Source of the DNA: a virus
Taxonomy: Duplodnaviria > Caudoviricetes
IMG/VR virus record: IMGVR_UViG_3300009435_000055
Span: 1 to 24,099 of that record
Length of the DNA stretch: 24,099 nt
Direction: 5' to 3' (one strand)
In this document: positions 8,114 through 16,342 of the stretch, piece by piece
How positions within the stretch are numbered: the first letter of the stretch is position 1
Layout of the letters: every line of letters begins with the position of its first letter
The notes under the pieces: model-generated
Databases searched by the model: none
What the model saw: only the letters and a program-made list of their open reading frames with translations
Told to the model about the DNA's origin: nothing
Translations under genes and position numbers: made by a program

Positions 8114-8761
8114 ATGAGCGACGAAAACGAAGCAGAAGTTAAGCCAAATGAAGAAATGTTGGCGATGGCTGAACAGTTAAAAGAGGCGCAAGCCAACAAT
8201 GATTCAATGAAGTTGAAAATGGATCAGTTGTTATCAGAAACAAAGAAAGCAAAGGATTTGCAGCGAGAAGCCGAAGTTGTAGCTACTCGCGAGGCTGAAG
8301 AAAAAGCCAAGAAGGATGGGGATTTCCAGCAGTTGCATAAAAGCAGCGAGGAAGCCCGCCAAGCACTGGAGGAAAGGTTGACTGAATTGATGTCGGCAAA
8401 CGCTAATGAAAAGCGCAACACCGCAGCGATAAAGATTTCTTCTGAGCTTGCAGACGGTTATAACGCAGAATTGTTATCTGGGTTTGTGGCCAGCCGGTTG
8501 AAATACACCGATGACGGATTGAAAGTTGTTGACGCTGCTGGGAACTTAACTGTTTCCACTGTTGACGACTTAAAAACAGAATTCCAAGCTGATGCGCGAT
8601 ATGCGGCATTACTAAAAGGCAATCAATCGTCTGGTGGGTCAGCAAATGGAAGTTCTGCGAACAACGGCAAAGCTAAAGTTATGACAAGGGCTGATTTTGA
8701 CAAACAAAGCCCTGAAAACAGGATGAAATTTATGACTTCAGGGGGCGCAATTCACGACTAA
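8114..8761 (+). CDS. Capsid scaffolding protein
   Basis: Charged coiled-coil, Gly/Ser/Asn linker and C-terminal MTRADFDKQSPENRMKF helix; immediately before the capsid gene. ATG 8114 follows CAGGA. Confidence 0.85.
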   Translation: MSDENEAEVKPNEEMLAMAEQLKEAQANNDSMKLKMDQLLSETKKAKDLQREAEVVATREAEEKAKKDGDFQQLHKSSEEARQALEERLTELMSANANEKRNTAAIKISSELADGYNAELLSGFVASRLKYTDDGLKVVDAAGNLTVSTVDDLKTEFQADARYAALLKGNQSSGGSANGSSANNGKAKVMTRADFDKQSPENRMKFMTSGGAIHD

Positions 8762-8774
8762 AGCCCAAACATAA

Positions 8775-8835
8775 TGCGAGGGCCCGTGGCTGACGCAGAC
8801 AAATCAAAGGCGCAACGGTTTGTGACCGATTAGCC
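8775..8835 (+). promoter_or_regulatory. Tandem pentaloop hairpins in the major capsid leader
   Basis: TGCG-AG-GGC-CCGTG-GCT-GA-CGCA (8775-8797) and CGGT-TTGTG-ACCG (8816-8828, extendable by GGC/GCC), then a U-rich tract and SD AAGGA. Confidence 0.6.
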
Positions 8836-8876
8836 AAAAAACACTTTTCTTTTTTTCTTTTCAAGGACTAATTATC

Positions 8877-10016
8877 ATGGCTAATACACTAACTAACCTA
8901 GCACCAGACCTATATCAAGCACTCGACACTGTTTCACGCGAACTGGTTGGATTCATTCCTTCAGTAACTCTTGATTCAGGCGTTGAACGCGCTGCTGTAG
9001 GGCAAAACGTCCGCAGTTATGTTACTCCGGCGGCCACAGCGTCAAACATCACTCCCGGCGTTACTGCCCCGAATGATGGCGACAATGTAATTACCAACCA
9101 ATCAATCACTATCACCAAAGCGCGTGGCGTTCCTGTTCGTTGGAATGGCGAAGAACAACGTGGCATGAATTCTGGCCCCGGTTATAGCTCTATCCTTCAA
9201 TCTCAGTTTGCTCAGGCGATGCGTACACTGACGAACGAAATGGAAGCTGATCTGGCTGGCTTGTATAGCACCACTTCTCGCGCCTATGGTACGGCTGGCA
9301 CTACGCCATTCGCTTCTGACCTGACTGACACCGCACAAGTTCGCAAGATTCTTGCTGATAACGGCGCACCTTTGTCAGATATGCAGATGGTTATCGATAC
9401 CACTGCGGGCGCGAAAATGCGTACTCTAACCCAACTAACTAAAGCCAACGAAGCTGCTGATGCGTCTTTGCTGCGTCAAGGCGTTTTGCTTGATGTTCAT
9501 GGCATGGCTATTCGTGAGTCGGCTCAAGTCGGCACAATCACCAACGGCACCGGAACCAGCTACACTTCCAGCACTGCTGGTTTTGCTGTTGGAGCTACCA
9601 GCATCGCACTTATCACTGGCTCAGGAACTATTCTGGCTGGTGATGTTATTACCTTCGCTGGTGATGCAAATAAGTATGTTGTTGAAGTTGGCATTTCCGC
9701 TCCCGGTTCAATCACTATCGCTGCTCCCGGCTTGCGTCAAGCTGTTGCGGCTTCTGCTGTTGCTGTTACTGTTGGCGGTGATTTTGCTGCAAACATGGCA
9801 TTCAGTCGTTCAGCCATCGTTCTTGCTACTCGCGCCCCCGCCATTCCATCTGAAGGCGATAGTGCAGACGATGCGATGATGATTACTGATCCGCGTTCTG
9901 GCTTGAGCTTTGAGGTTCGTCTTTATAAGCAATATCGTCAGATTCGTTATGAAGTGGCTGCTGCTTGGGGCCAACATAACTTTAAGCCAGAGCATACAGC
10001 TTTGCTGCTTGGTTAA
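8877..10016 (+). CDS. Major capsid protein, P22 coat-like HK97 fold with a beta insertion domain
   Basis: MANTLT...ALDTVSRELVGFIP start and C-terminal DPRSGLSFEVR..KQYRQ..YEV...WG...KPEH. Biased codon usage, strong SD, followed by a terminator. Confidence 0.92.
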   Translation: MANTLTNLAPDLYQALDTVSRELVGFIPSVTLDSGVERAAVGQNVRSYVTPAATASNITPGVTAPNDGDNVITNQSITITKARGVPVRWNGEEQRGMNSGPGYSSILQSQFAQAMRTLTNEMEADLAGLYSTTSRAYGTAGTTPFASDLTDTAQVRKILADNGAPLSDMQMVIDTTAGAKMRTLTQLTKANEAADASLLRQGVLLDVHGMAIRESAQVGTITNGTGTSYTSSTAGFAVGATSIALITGSGTILAGDVITFAGDANKYVVEVGISAPGSITIAAPGLRQAVAASAVAVTVGGDFAANMAFSRSAIVLATRAPAIPSEGDSADDAMMITDPRSGLSFEVRLYKQYRQIRYEVAAAWGQHNFKPEHTALLLG

Positions 10017-10024
10017 TCCCAGTT

Positions 10025-10048
10025 GGGGGGCTTCGGCCCCTCTTTTTT
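10025..10048 (+). terminator. Rho-independent terminator after the capsid gene
   Basis: GGGGGC-TTCG-GCCCCT stem with a cUUCGg tetraloop, followed by CTTTTTT. Confidence 0.85.
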
Positions 10049-10067
10049 CTTATTTTTGGGGTGAGTT

Positions 10068-10199
10068 ATGAAACTCGAAACAGTAGTTGTTCAAACTGAA
10101 GCTGGGCCTGTTGTTATCAACAAGTCTGACTTTGACGCAAAGAAACACAGCTTAGAAACAAAGCAAGTCAAGAAAGCCAAAAAAGCCAAGGCTGAATAA
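10068..10199 (+). CDS. Small capsid-adjacent protein (43 aa), not in the ORF track
   Basis: MKLETVVVQTEAGPVVINKSDFDAKKHSLETKQVKKAKKAKAE*. GGGGTGAG SD upstream; TAA overlaps the next ATG. Confidence 0.75.
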   Translation: MKLETVVVQTEAGPVVINKSDFDAKKHSLETKQVKKAKKAKAE

Positions 10200-11059
10200 T
10201 GGCCGATGAAATTCCGTTCAAGAAAACACCTCCAAAGTGGCGAACCATTGCCGCTGGAATTTGGACGGACATTCTCAACGATTGGTCTGCATCATTTGAA
10301 ACGAGCAATCGAGGAACGACTGCGCTAGGCGTTTTTATTCAAGATCAAACTTCACAAGTTCTTTCTGTTCCCTTTTTGAAAGACAAAACACCAACAACCC
10401 TAGCAGTTGACGCAGCAGTTAATACTCGCACATTGACACTTTCTCCGGGTCATGGTGCTGTAGTGGGTGATGTCTTAAAATTATCAGAAGGTCTAAATTT
10501 TATCCAAGCTGAAATTCTTGTCGTTGCTGTCAATGTGATAACAATAGATCAACCGACTTCATTTGCGAAAGTTGCGGGTTCTCCTGTTGTTATATCTACA
10601 CAAAATATGTTGGTCGATGGATCAGTCACCCCAGAAATTTTCCGCGTGTTGCCATTGCCCGAACAGGTTGTCGATGTTGTGAGCGTTATTTTGGAAATAC
10701 GCGGTGCTTCTGGTGACATTATGGATTTCAGTTCTTTTGGCAGCAGGGAGGAATTGACCAACGGTTGTGTGCTTAGAATTAACAATGGCGACAACACGTT
10801 TAAAAACTTGTTTAATTTTAAATCAAATTCTGATTTCATAGGGAGAGGGTTTGACCACGCTTTCTTAAACGCGAAAACTGGCAACACGATTGCTGGGTTC
10901 ACCTCAAGAGTTACATGGGGCGGACAGTCTAAGCATGGTGTAGTCATACGAATTGATGGAAATAAGGGTGAATCCTTAGAGTTGATCGTGCAAGATAACC
11001 TTCTGGGCGTTAATACTCGCTTCCGTTTATCCACGCAAGGCCATGAGGTGCAAAATTAA
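10199..11059 (+). CDS. Uncharacterised beta-rich putative virion protein (286 aa)
   Basis: Long ORF coupled at both ends (TAATG; stop 1 nt before the adaptor ATG). Val/Ile/Thr/Gly-rich. No family recognised. Confidence 0.75.
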   Translation: MADEIPFKKTPPKWRTIAAGIWTDILNDWSASFETSNRGTTALGVFIQDQTSQVLSVPFLKDKTPTTLAVDAAVNTRTLTLSPGHGAVVGDVLKLSEGLNFIQAEILVVAVNVITIDQPTSFAKVAGSPVVISTQNMLVDGSVTPEIFRVLPLPEQVVDVVSVILEIRGASGDIMDFSSFGSREELTNGCVLRINNGDNTFKNLFNFKSNSDFIGRGFDHAFLNAKTGNTIAGFTSRVTWGGQSKHGVVIRIDGNKGESLELIVQDNLLGVNTRFRLSTQGHEVQN

Positions 11060-11060
11060 A

Positions 11061-11534
11061 ATGACAATTATTGTCGAAGATGGTTCGGTGGTAACGGGCG
11101 CGAATAGTTACGCAACAGAGGCCGAGTTGACCGCATATGCTACGGCTCGTGGTATCACTTTGACGATCGGCGCTGAACTGTTGTTGATTAAAGCGATGGA
11201 TTGGATCGAGATTCAGAAATATAAAGGCGACCAAATAGACTGTGAGCAAGTTTTGGAATGGCCTAGGTATAATGTAATCACTCGGATTGGCTGCAACACG
11301 GCCTCTGATGCCATCCCACGACAGCTAAAGCAGCAATTATTGTATGTTGCCACCGGAATAGATCAAGGATATGACCCTACGGCGTACAGAGAACGCGCTA
11401 CATCGTCAGAAACTAATTGCCTTGGCGATCAGGTCGCCTATCTCAGCGGCGCGTTAGATAGCTATTCTCCAAGCACAGTGGCCAATCGTTTTAATGAGTT
11501 GTTGCGCCCAAGAACGATGGCTTACAGATTATGA
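11061..11534 (+). CDS. Head-tail adaptor (DnaT-like domain family)
   Basis: MTIIVEDGS...ANSY....L..YA..RG...LLIKAMD.IE...Q.LEWPR...IP..LK signature. ATG 11061 follows GAGGTG. Confidence 0.85.
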   Translation: MTIIVEDGSVVTGANSYATEAELTAYATARGITLTIGAELLLIKAMDWIEIQKYKGDQIDCEQVLEWPRYNVITRIGCNTASDAIPRQLKQQLLYVATGIDQGYDPTAYRERATSSETNCLGDQVAYLSGALDSYSPSTVANRFNELLRPRTMAYRL

Positions 11535-11890
11535 GTTTGCTTGCCAGACAGTTGAGGCATTGCGGCCAGTATATTTCGATTCAGACTCGCAGCCTTGTTC
11601 CGCCCGCATTTGGGTCGGTTGACGCTGGTTTGGATTTTGTAGAAAAGCACAATGTGAAGGCTTTGGTGCGAACCACTAGGGGCAAAACGTTATTTGATGG
11701 CGTTTCAACTGATCAAGTGGTGACGCATAAACTCGGCATAGAATACTTGGCCGGGATCACTGCTGAAGATTGGGTTCTATTCAACGGATCGAGACTTGAT
11801 ATTTTGGACGTTGAGAATTGTGGTGAAGCAAACAAAGAGCTGATTCTCACTTGCAATGATCGAGGCACTAAGGAAGCGAGCAAAGCCTGA
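11531..11890 (+). CDS. Head closure / head-tail joining protein (SPP1 gp16-like)
   Basis: 119 aa, THK..I.Y..GIT.ED.V.F....LDI.DVEN pattern, synteny. Confidence 0.75.
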   Translation: MSLLARQLRHCGQYISIQTRSLVPPAFGSVDAGLDFVEKHNVKALVRTTRGKTLFDGVSTDQVVTHKLGIEYLAGITAEDWVLFNGSRLDILDVENCGEANKELILTCNDRGTKEASKA

Positions 11891-12351
11891 TGAGTATGAT
11901 CGCAGCGTCAGACAATGATCGCATTTTCCTAAAGATTAAAAACCTTGAGAAAACGACCAAGAAAAACTTGCGGCGGGCATTATATGATTCTGGGCTTGAT
12001 TACAAGAACAGCGCAAACAAAGAGATATTGAGAAAGCCCAAAGGCGGGAAGTTGTATATCCGCAAAGACCGAGCTGGAAGAAGGCGCAGACACATAGCTT
12101 CTGCACCGGGCGAAACCCACGCCAACATGACTGGGGCACTAAGAAGATCGCTTGGCTTTTTAGTGAAGGGACAAAGCCAGTTAGAATTTGGTTATGGCGT
12201 TGAAGCAATAAAAGCCCCAGACTATGCAGAATCGCTAGAGTTTGGAACCCAGAAGATGGCATCAAGACCAACACTGCGGAACGCCATCAAAGCTGGAAGG
12301 AGAAACACCATCAACAATATAGAGCGGGCAATAAAGAAGGGTTTTAAATGA
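11890..12351 (+). CDS. Neck / tail-completion protein (HK97 gp10-like)
   Basis: Basic; HIASAPGE..ANMTGALRRS and YAESLEFGT.KM..RP.L..A motifs. Confidence 0.82.
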   Translation: MSMIAASDNDRIFLKIKNLEKTTKKNLRRALYDSGLDYKNSANKEILRKPKGGKLYIRKDRAGRRRRHIASAPGETHANMTGALRRSLGFLVKGQSQLEFGYGVEAIKAPDYAESLEFGTQKMASRPTLRNAIKAGRRNTINNIERAIKKGFK

Positions 12352-13433
12352 GAGCGCACGATATAGCTACAGTGTTAGCGGCAAGGCTCCCATTCTTTGT
12401 TGACGACTTCACAAATAGCTTGGCAGTAGCCACCGTGACCAGATCAGGGTCGGCGGTCACTGTAACGACTTCTGCTGCTCACAGCCTATCGGTTGGAAGT
12501 AAAGTTAATATGACGGGCGCACAAACGCCTATCGCTTGCAGTATTGTCAGGGCCGGGATTCTCGCAACCATTACCACTACGGCTGACCACGATTACACTG
12601 AAGAATCGGGCGCAACGGTAATCATTGCAGGAGCGACAGAAGCAGGATTCAACGGCACTTTCACAATCAATACAGTTCCAAACCGCAGAACAGTAACTTT
12701 CGTGGTTGCTGATAGCGGCGCCACAATAGCCACTGGCTCGCCTTTAGTGCTAAACGGTACTAATCCATATCAGAGTTATAACGGGTTGCAAGAAGTGACC
12801 ACAGTGCCTTCAGCAACCACGTTCACTTATGAGTCAGCAGATTCGACACTGTTTACCCCAGCAAGCGGAACAATTGTGGCAAAGACAGCCCCAAGAGTCG
12901 GCGCAACCGTATCGGTGGAAAGAATCATTGAGGCTTACACTCAGCAACCGCAGTCAAAGGCTTGGTTGTTTGTTGTCTTGAATGACGGGGTTGCCAGCAA
13001 AAATAAAAACATTGATACCGATGCCACAGATAATATACAACGTGGCCAATTCTTCAATCAGCGGATTATTCAGAACGTCAGTTTATATCTATTCTTGCCT
13101 ACTGCTGACGAAATATCTGGCCGTGATTCAAGGGATAGGGCAGAAGAATTACTCAGACCTATTTGTCAATCTATCTTGATGGAAAAGTTCGACGGATTAA
13201 CTGCCGAGGGCCAGAACAACCCGCTCCAGTTTTTAGAGCATGGGTTTGAGGCTTATAACGCGGCGTTTTATGTTCACCGATACACGTTCCAGATGAGCAT
13301 TCAAATGACCGGCGAAGATGTTTATATTCCAAATGAGTCTGTAGCCTTCAGGGATATTGGGTTGGTTACTGGTTTGGATGTCGGGGCCGAAACCTTTACA
13401 ACTGAAATTGACTTGGACGATGTGCCACTATGA
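12348..13433 (+). CDS. Tail terminator-like protein with a large nested beta-domain insertion
   Basis: Lies between neck and sheath. The C-terminal half resembles tail-terminator proteins; residues about 25-178 are two Thr-rich beta domains, one inside the other. Confidence 0.65.
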   Translation: MRAHDIATVLAARLPFFVDDFTNSLAVATVTRSGSAVTVTTSAAHSLSVGSKVNMTGAQTPIACSIVRAGILATITTTADHDYTEESGATVIIAGATEAGFNGTFTINTVPNRRTVTFVVADSGATIATGSPLVLNGTNPYQSYNGLQEVTTVPSATTFTYESADSTLFTPASGTIVAKTAPRVGATVSVERIIEAYTQQPQSKAWLFVVLNDGVASKNKNIDTDATDNIQRGQFFNQRIIQNVSLYLFLPTADEISGRDSRDRAEELLRPICQSILMEKFDGLTAEGQNNPLQFLEHGFEAYNAAFYVHRYTFQMSIQMTGEDVYIPNESVAFRDIGLVTGLDVGAETFTTEIDLDDVPL

Positions 13434-13609
13434 AAATAAAGATTAAGAACGTCCGGGGTTATTTCCCCGACCAGATAATTACTATACAAACAGACAGTGC
13501 CGGAATACCATTAGAACAATTCTGGCGCAAGCGGTTGAAAGATGCTTGTGTCGATAATTGCATTGAGGTCATTACGACTTCTGAATCAAAAAAGGGGAAG
13601 TCTAAATGA
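13430..13609 (+). CDS. Small pre-sheath protein (59 aa, Mu gp38/DUF2635-like position), not in the ORF track
   Basis: MKIKIKNVRGYFPDQIITIQTDSAGIPLEQFWRKRLKDACVDNCIEVITTSESKKGKSK*. ATGA overlaps at both ends; FWRKRLKD resembles the W.RRL.D motif. Confidence 0.75.
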   Translation: MKIKIKNVRGYFPDQIITIQTDSAGIPLEQFWRKRLKDACVDNCIEVITTSESKKGKSK

Positions 13610-15156
13610 CCACCATCTTGCAACCAAAAGTGACAGTAAACATTGTCAATTCTTCACAAGCTGTAACCAACACGGGTCAAAAGATTCTGGTCGTTGGTCA
13701 GAAAGTAGCCTCCGGGACTGCTGTCGCTGGCGCATTGACTCAATCCATTGCCAACGGTGGGGCTGAAAATGCCTTATTTGGCAGAACTTCTCAACTTGCC
13801 AAGTTAGTAAGGGCGAACAAAGTGAGAAATCAATCGATCCAGATTGACGCTATTGCTTTGGATGATGCTGGTGGTGGTACGGCGGCGGCTGGTGCGTTTG
13901 TTGTTACTGGTACAGCTACGGAAGCTGGAACGTTTACAATTATCGTCGGTTCTGAGTTGAACCACAGCTTCAGCGTTGCTGTTGCTTCTGGCACTACTGC
14001 TACAGCCGTTGGTGACTTAATCGTTACAGCGTTGGGACTTGATCTCGATCTTCCGGCTACCGCAGTCAATACCTCTGGCAGCGTTGCTATTACAGCAGTG
14101 AACAAAGGCACTTATGGCAACAGCTTTGGCCTAGAAATTCGAGGTTCAATCGCTGGTTTGTCTACTTCCGTTACCGCTATGGCCGGTGGTGCAACTGACC
14201 CAACATTGACTGCTCTCTTTGATGTTGTTGGCGATGCCCGCTATCAAGCTATCGTTTGGCCTTATCCTGACTCGTTATCTGTTCTAACCGCATTCCTTAA
14301 CCCTCGCTTTAATGCTGACGGTAAAGTGCTTGACGGTGTTGGCTTCACAGCCAAAGCAGACACATTTTCAAACCTGAAAGTTCTTGGTGCTGCGCCTAAC
14401 AGCCAGAGCCTAGTTGTGATCGGTGACAAACTAGAATCAGAAACAAATTATAAAGGCCCGTCCATCGTTGAAATCCCAATGGTTAAAGCGGCACAACTTG
14501 CTGGCTTTAGATCATTGCGGTTGGATTCAAGCGGCGTGAGTATTGCTGATCTGATCATCACTACAAATGGCCCACTTGATTCATTTGGTGGCCCTGCGTT
14601 GGCATCAAAGCCTTTCTTCAATATGCCTTTTGCTGATTTGTTGCCAATTCGTGTAGGTCGCGGGTTCGATGATTCAGAAATTGAAGACTTAAAGTCTAAC
14701 GGTATATCCTTGTTGGGTAATAACCCTGCTGGGAACACTGTTGTCGCTGGCGAAATAGTCACTACTTATCTGACCGATACTGCTGGTAATCCTGATGTGA
14801 CGTTTGGCTTCTTGAGTTATGTTGACACAGCTTCACAAGCCCGTGAATATCGTTACAACAACTACCGCGCTAGATTTGCACAGTCTCGCTTGACTGAAGG
14901 CGACATCATCAAAGGCCGGGACATGGCTAATGAACTGGTCATTCGTTCTTACTCTAAACGGTTGTATCAAGATTTGAGCGGCGTTGATTATGTTTTGCTT
15001 GAATCTGGCGAAGATGCTCTAAACTTCTTTAATGAAAACCTTATTATTTCGATTGATAAGGCACTCGGCAAAGTAACCATTCAAAGCACTGATCCAATCG
15101 TAACTCAACTGCGCGAACTTGCTATCACAAGCAAAATCGCTTTCTCCATAAACTAA
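13606..15156 (+). CDS. Contractile tail sheath protein (Mu gpL-like)
   Basis: 516 aa. ILVVGQK, LFGRTSQLA, AVNKG.YGN, MAGGATDP and IVTTY.TD.AGNPD are Mu-type sheath motifs. Confidence 0.93.
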   Translation: MTTILQPKVTVNIVNSSQAVTNTGQKILVVGQKVASGTAVAGALTQSIANGGAENALFGRTSQLAKLVRANKVRNQSIQIDAIALDDAGGGTAAAGAFVVTGTATEAGTFTIIVGSELNHSFSVAVASGTTATAVGDLIVTALGLDLDLPATAVNTSGSVAITAVNKGTYGNSFGLEIRGSIAGLSTSVTAMAGGATDPTLTALFDVVGDARYQAIVWPYPDSLSVLTAFLNPRFNADGKVLDGVGFTAKADTFSNLKVLGAAPNSQSLVVIGDKLESETNYKGPSIVEIPMVKAAQLAGFRSLRLDSSGVSIADLIITTNGPLDSFGGPALASKPFFNMPFADLLPIRVGRGFDDSEIEDLKSNGISLLGNNPAGNTVVAGEIVTTYLTDTAGNPDVTFGFLSYVDTASQAREYRYNNYRARFAQSRLTEGDIIKGRDMANELVIRSYSKRLYQDLSGVDYVLLESGEDALNFFNENLIISIDKALGKVTIQSTDPIVTQLRELAITSKIAFSIN

Positions 15157-15168
15157 GGGGTTTGACCG

Positions 15169-15558
15169 ATGGCTAACCAATTAAACGATTTCACGATCTT
15201 GGTTAATAACCAACAAGTGGCCTATACCGCAGACTCTTTGAGTTGGAAGGATGGCTTTGGCGATTACAAGGTGCGAAACGCAGTAGTAGGAGGCGGGCAA
15301 ACTGAGCAGATATTCTCTAAAGACTTGGCCTCTAAGTTTGGCATGGTTAAGTTTTCGATGCCTTCTACCACTGAGAATGAAGCCTTCAAACGCGCTTGGA
15401 AAGTTGGCGACAACACCAACACTATTGAGTTGATTGGCCCTAATGGGTCAGGCATAACCAAGATTTTCACTCAAGCGGCAATCCTTGATGACCCAGAGAC
15501 TAACGCCTCACAAGATGGCAACATCGATGTGGAGTTCAATAGCAAGCCAGCACAATAA
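15169..15558 (+). CDS. Tail tube protein
   Basis: 129 aa, beta-rich, immediately after the sheath, strong SD AAGGGG. Confidence 0.85.
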   Translation: MANQLNDFTILVNNQQVAYTADSLSWKDGFGDYKVRNAVVGGGQTEQIFSKDLASKFGMVKFSMPSTTENEAFKRAWKVGDNTNTIELIGPNGSGITKIFTQAAILDDPETNASQDGNIDVEFNSKPAQ

Positions 15559-15587
15559 CAGGTAAACGCAATGAGTGAGATCATAGC

Positions 15588-16031
15588 ATGAGCGAAATTA
15601 ATGTAGAGCTTAAAAAGCCTTTTGAGTATTCACATAAAGGCGAAATGGAAAAGGCGAGTTTTATCACTTTACCAGAACCCATTTTTCGGGATTTGGATAA
15701 AATAGCACCGATAAAACAAGCCTTTGTTTCTGCAATAAATGAATTGGCAAGTGATACAGACACCAGCGGGAATTCAGCCATCGATAAGTCAGACAACGAT
15801 AGCGGGGGCATTACCGGCCCTATGATTATGGCTTTAATGTATCGATCAAAAGGAAACATGGCACAGGTTTTTTTATACGCTCAGGATTTATTCAAAAGTG
15901 TGGCATTGGTTGACGGTGAACAAAAGCTCACCGTTCCGCTGATGGAGAAAATGGCTGTTGCTGACTTTGAAAACCTTGTGGGGGAATACCTCGCAAATTT
16001 TATAGCACCATCCCTGATGGATGGACTGTAG
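15588..16031 (+). CDS. Tail assembly chaperone (gpG-like)
   Basis: Between tube and tape measure; ends ...GEYLANFIAPSLMDGL with a slippery site near its end. Confidence 0.85.
   Translation: MSEINVELKKPFEYSHKGEMEKASFITLPEPIFRDLDKIAPIKQAFVSAINELASDTDTSGNSAIDKSDNDSGGITGPMIMALMYRSKGNMAQVFLYAQDLFKSVALVDGEQKLTVPLMEKMAVADFENLVGEYLANFIAPSLMDGL
15995..16024 (+). promoter_or_regulatory. Programmed -1 ribosomal frameshift signal
   Basis: Correctly phased heptamer A-AAT-TTT (15995-16001), 6-nt spacer, hairpin CCATCC-CTGAT-GGATGG (16008-16024). Confidence 0.8.
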
Positions 16032-16201
16032 ATAAGCACAGGCTGGAAATTTGCAAGGTCGCCGCTTTCTTTGAGGGCGGGATCAGTTATACAGAATTGG
16101 CAGGGATGCCACTCGCTGAATTCTTCAAGGTGTCAGAATGCGCCAATGAAATAGCGAAACTTAGACGCAGAGAGATGGAAAAGGCACGCCATGGCAAATA
16201 A
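16001..16201 (+). CDS. -1 frame extension giving the gpGT-like chaperone (about 204 aa in total from 15588)
   Basis: The -1 frame is open: YSTIPDGWTVDKHRLEICKVAAFFEGGISYTELAGMPLAEFFKVSECANEIAKLRRREMEKARHGK*. It overlaps the tape-measure start. Confidence 0.8.
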   Translation, partial: YSTIPDGWTVDKHRLEICKVAAFFEGGISYTELAGMPLAEFFKVSECANEIAKLRRREMEKARHGK

Positions 16202-16342
16202 AGTCAGTTTCATCATCGAGTTAAAGGATAAATATTCCGCAGCCGCTCGGCAGATTAATACCGCCAATGACAAAATGGCTCGCGGGTTGTCTACCGTCAA
16301 GGCAAAAGTCGATAAGTTATACAGAATTGGCAGGGATGCCAC
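16085..16342. repeat. Exact 28-bp direct repeat, two copies 230 bp apart
   Basis: AGTTATACAGAATTGGCAGGGATGCCAC at 16085-16112 and 16315-16342 (31/32 identical including the preceding GAT[C/A]). Confidence 0.95.

Noticed and set aside
9460-9879. 139-aa Leu-rich alternative-frame ORF inside the capsid gene (possible overprinted membrane protein)
   Set aside because: The Leu runs are the +1-frame reading of GCT/GTT/ACT codons; no convincing SD.
13542-13766. 74-aa + strand ORF from the track
   Set aside because: Overlaps both the better-supported 13430..13609 ORF and the sheath gene out of frame.
15159-15168. GGT-TTG-ACCG before the tail tube ATG as another copy of the GGTTTGTGACC hairpin
   Set aside because: Only a 3-bp stem with a 3-nt loop lacking the GTG ending; too weak to count, though worth including in a model scan.
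16085-16342. CRISPR mini-array, att site or DGR template/variable repeat
   Set aside because: Only two copies with a 202-bp gap, not palindromic, no adenine-specific mismatch pattern, and no cas, integrase or reverse transcriptase gene in the window.
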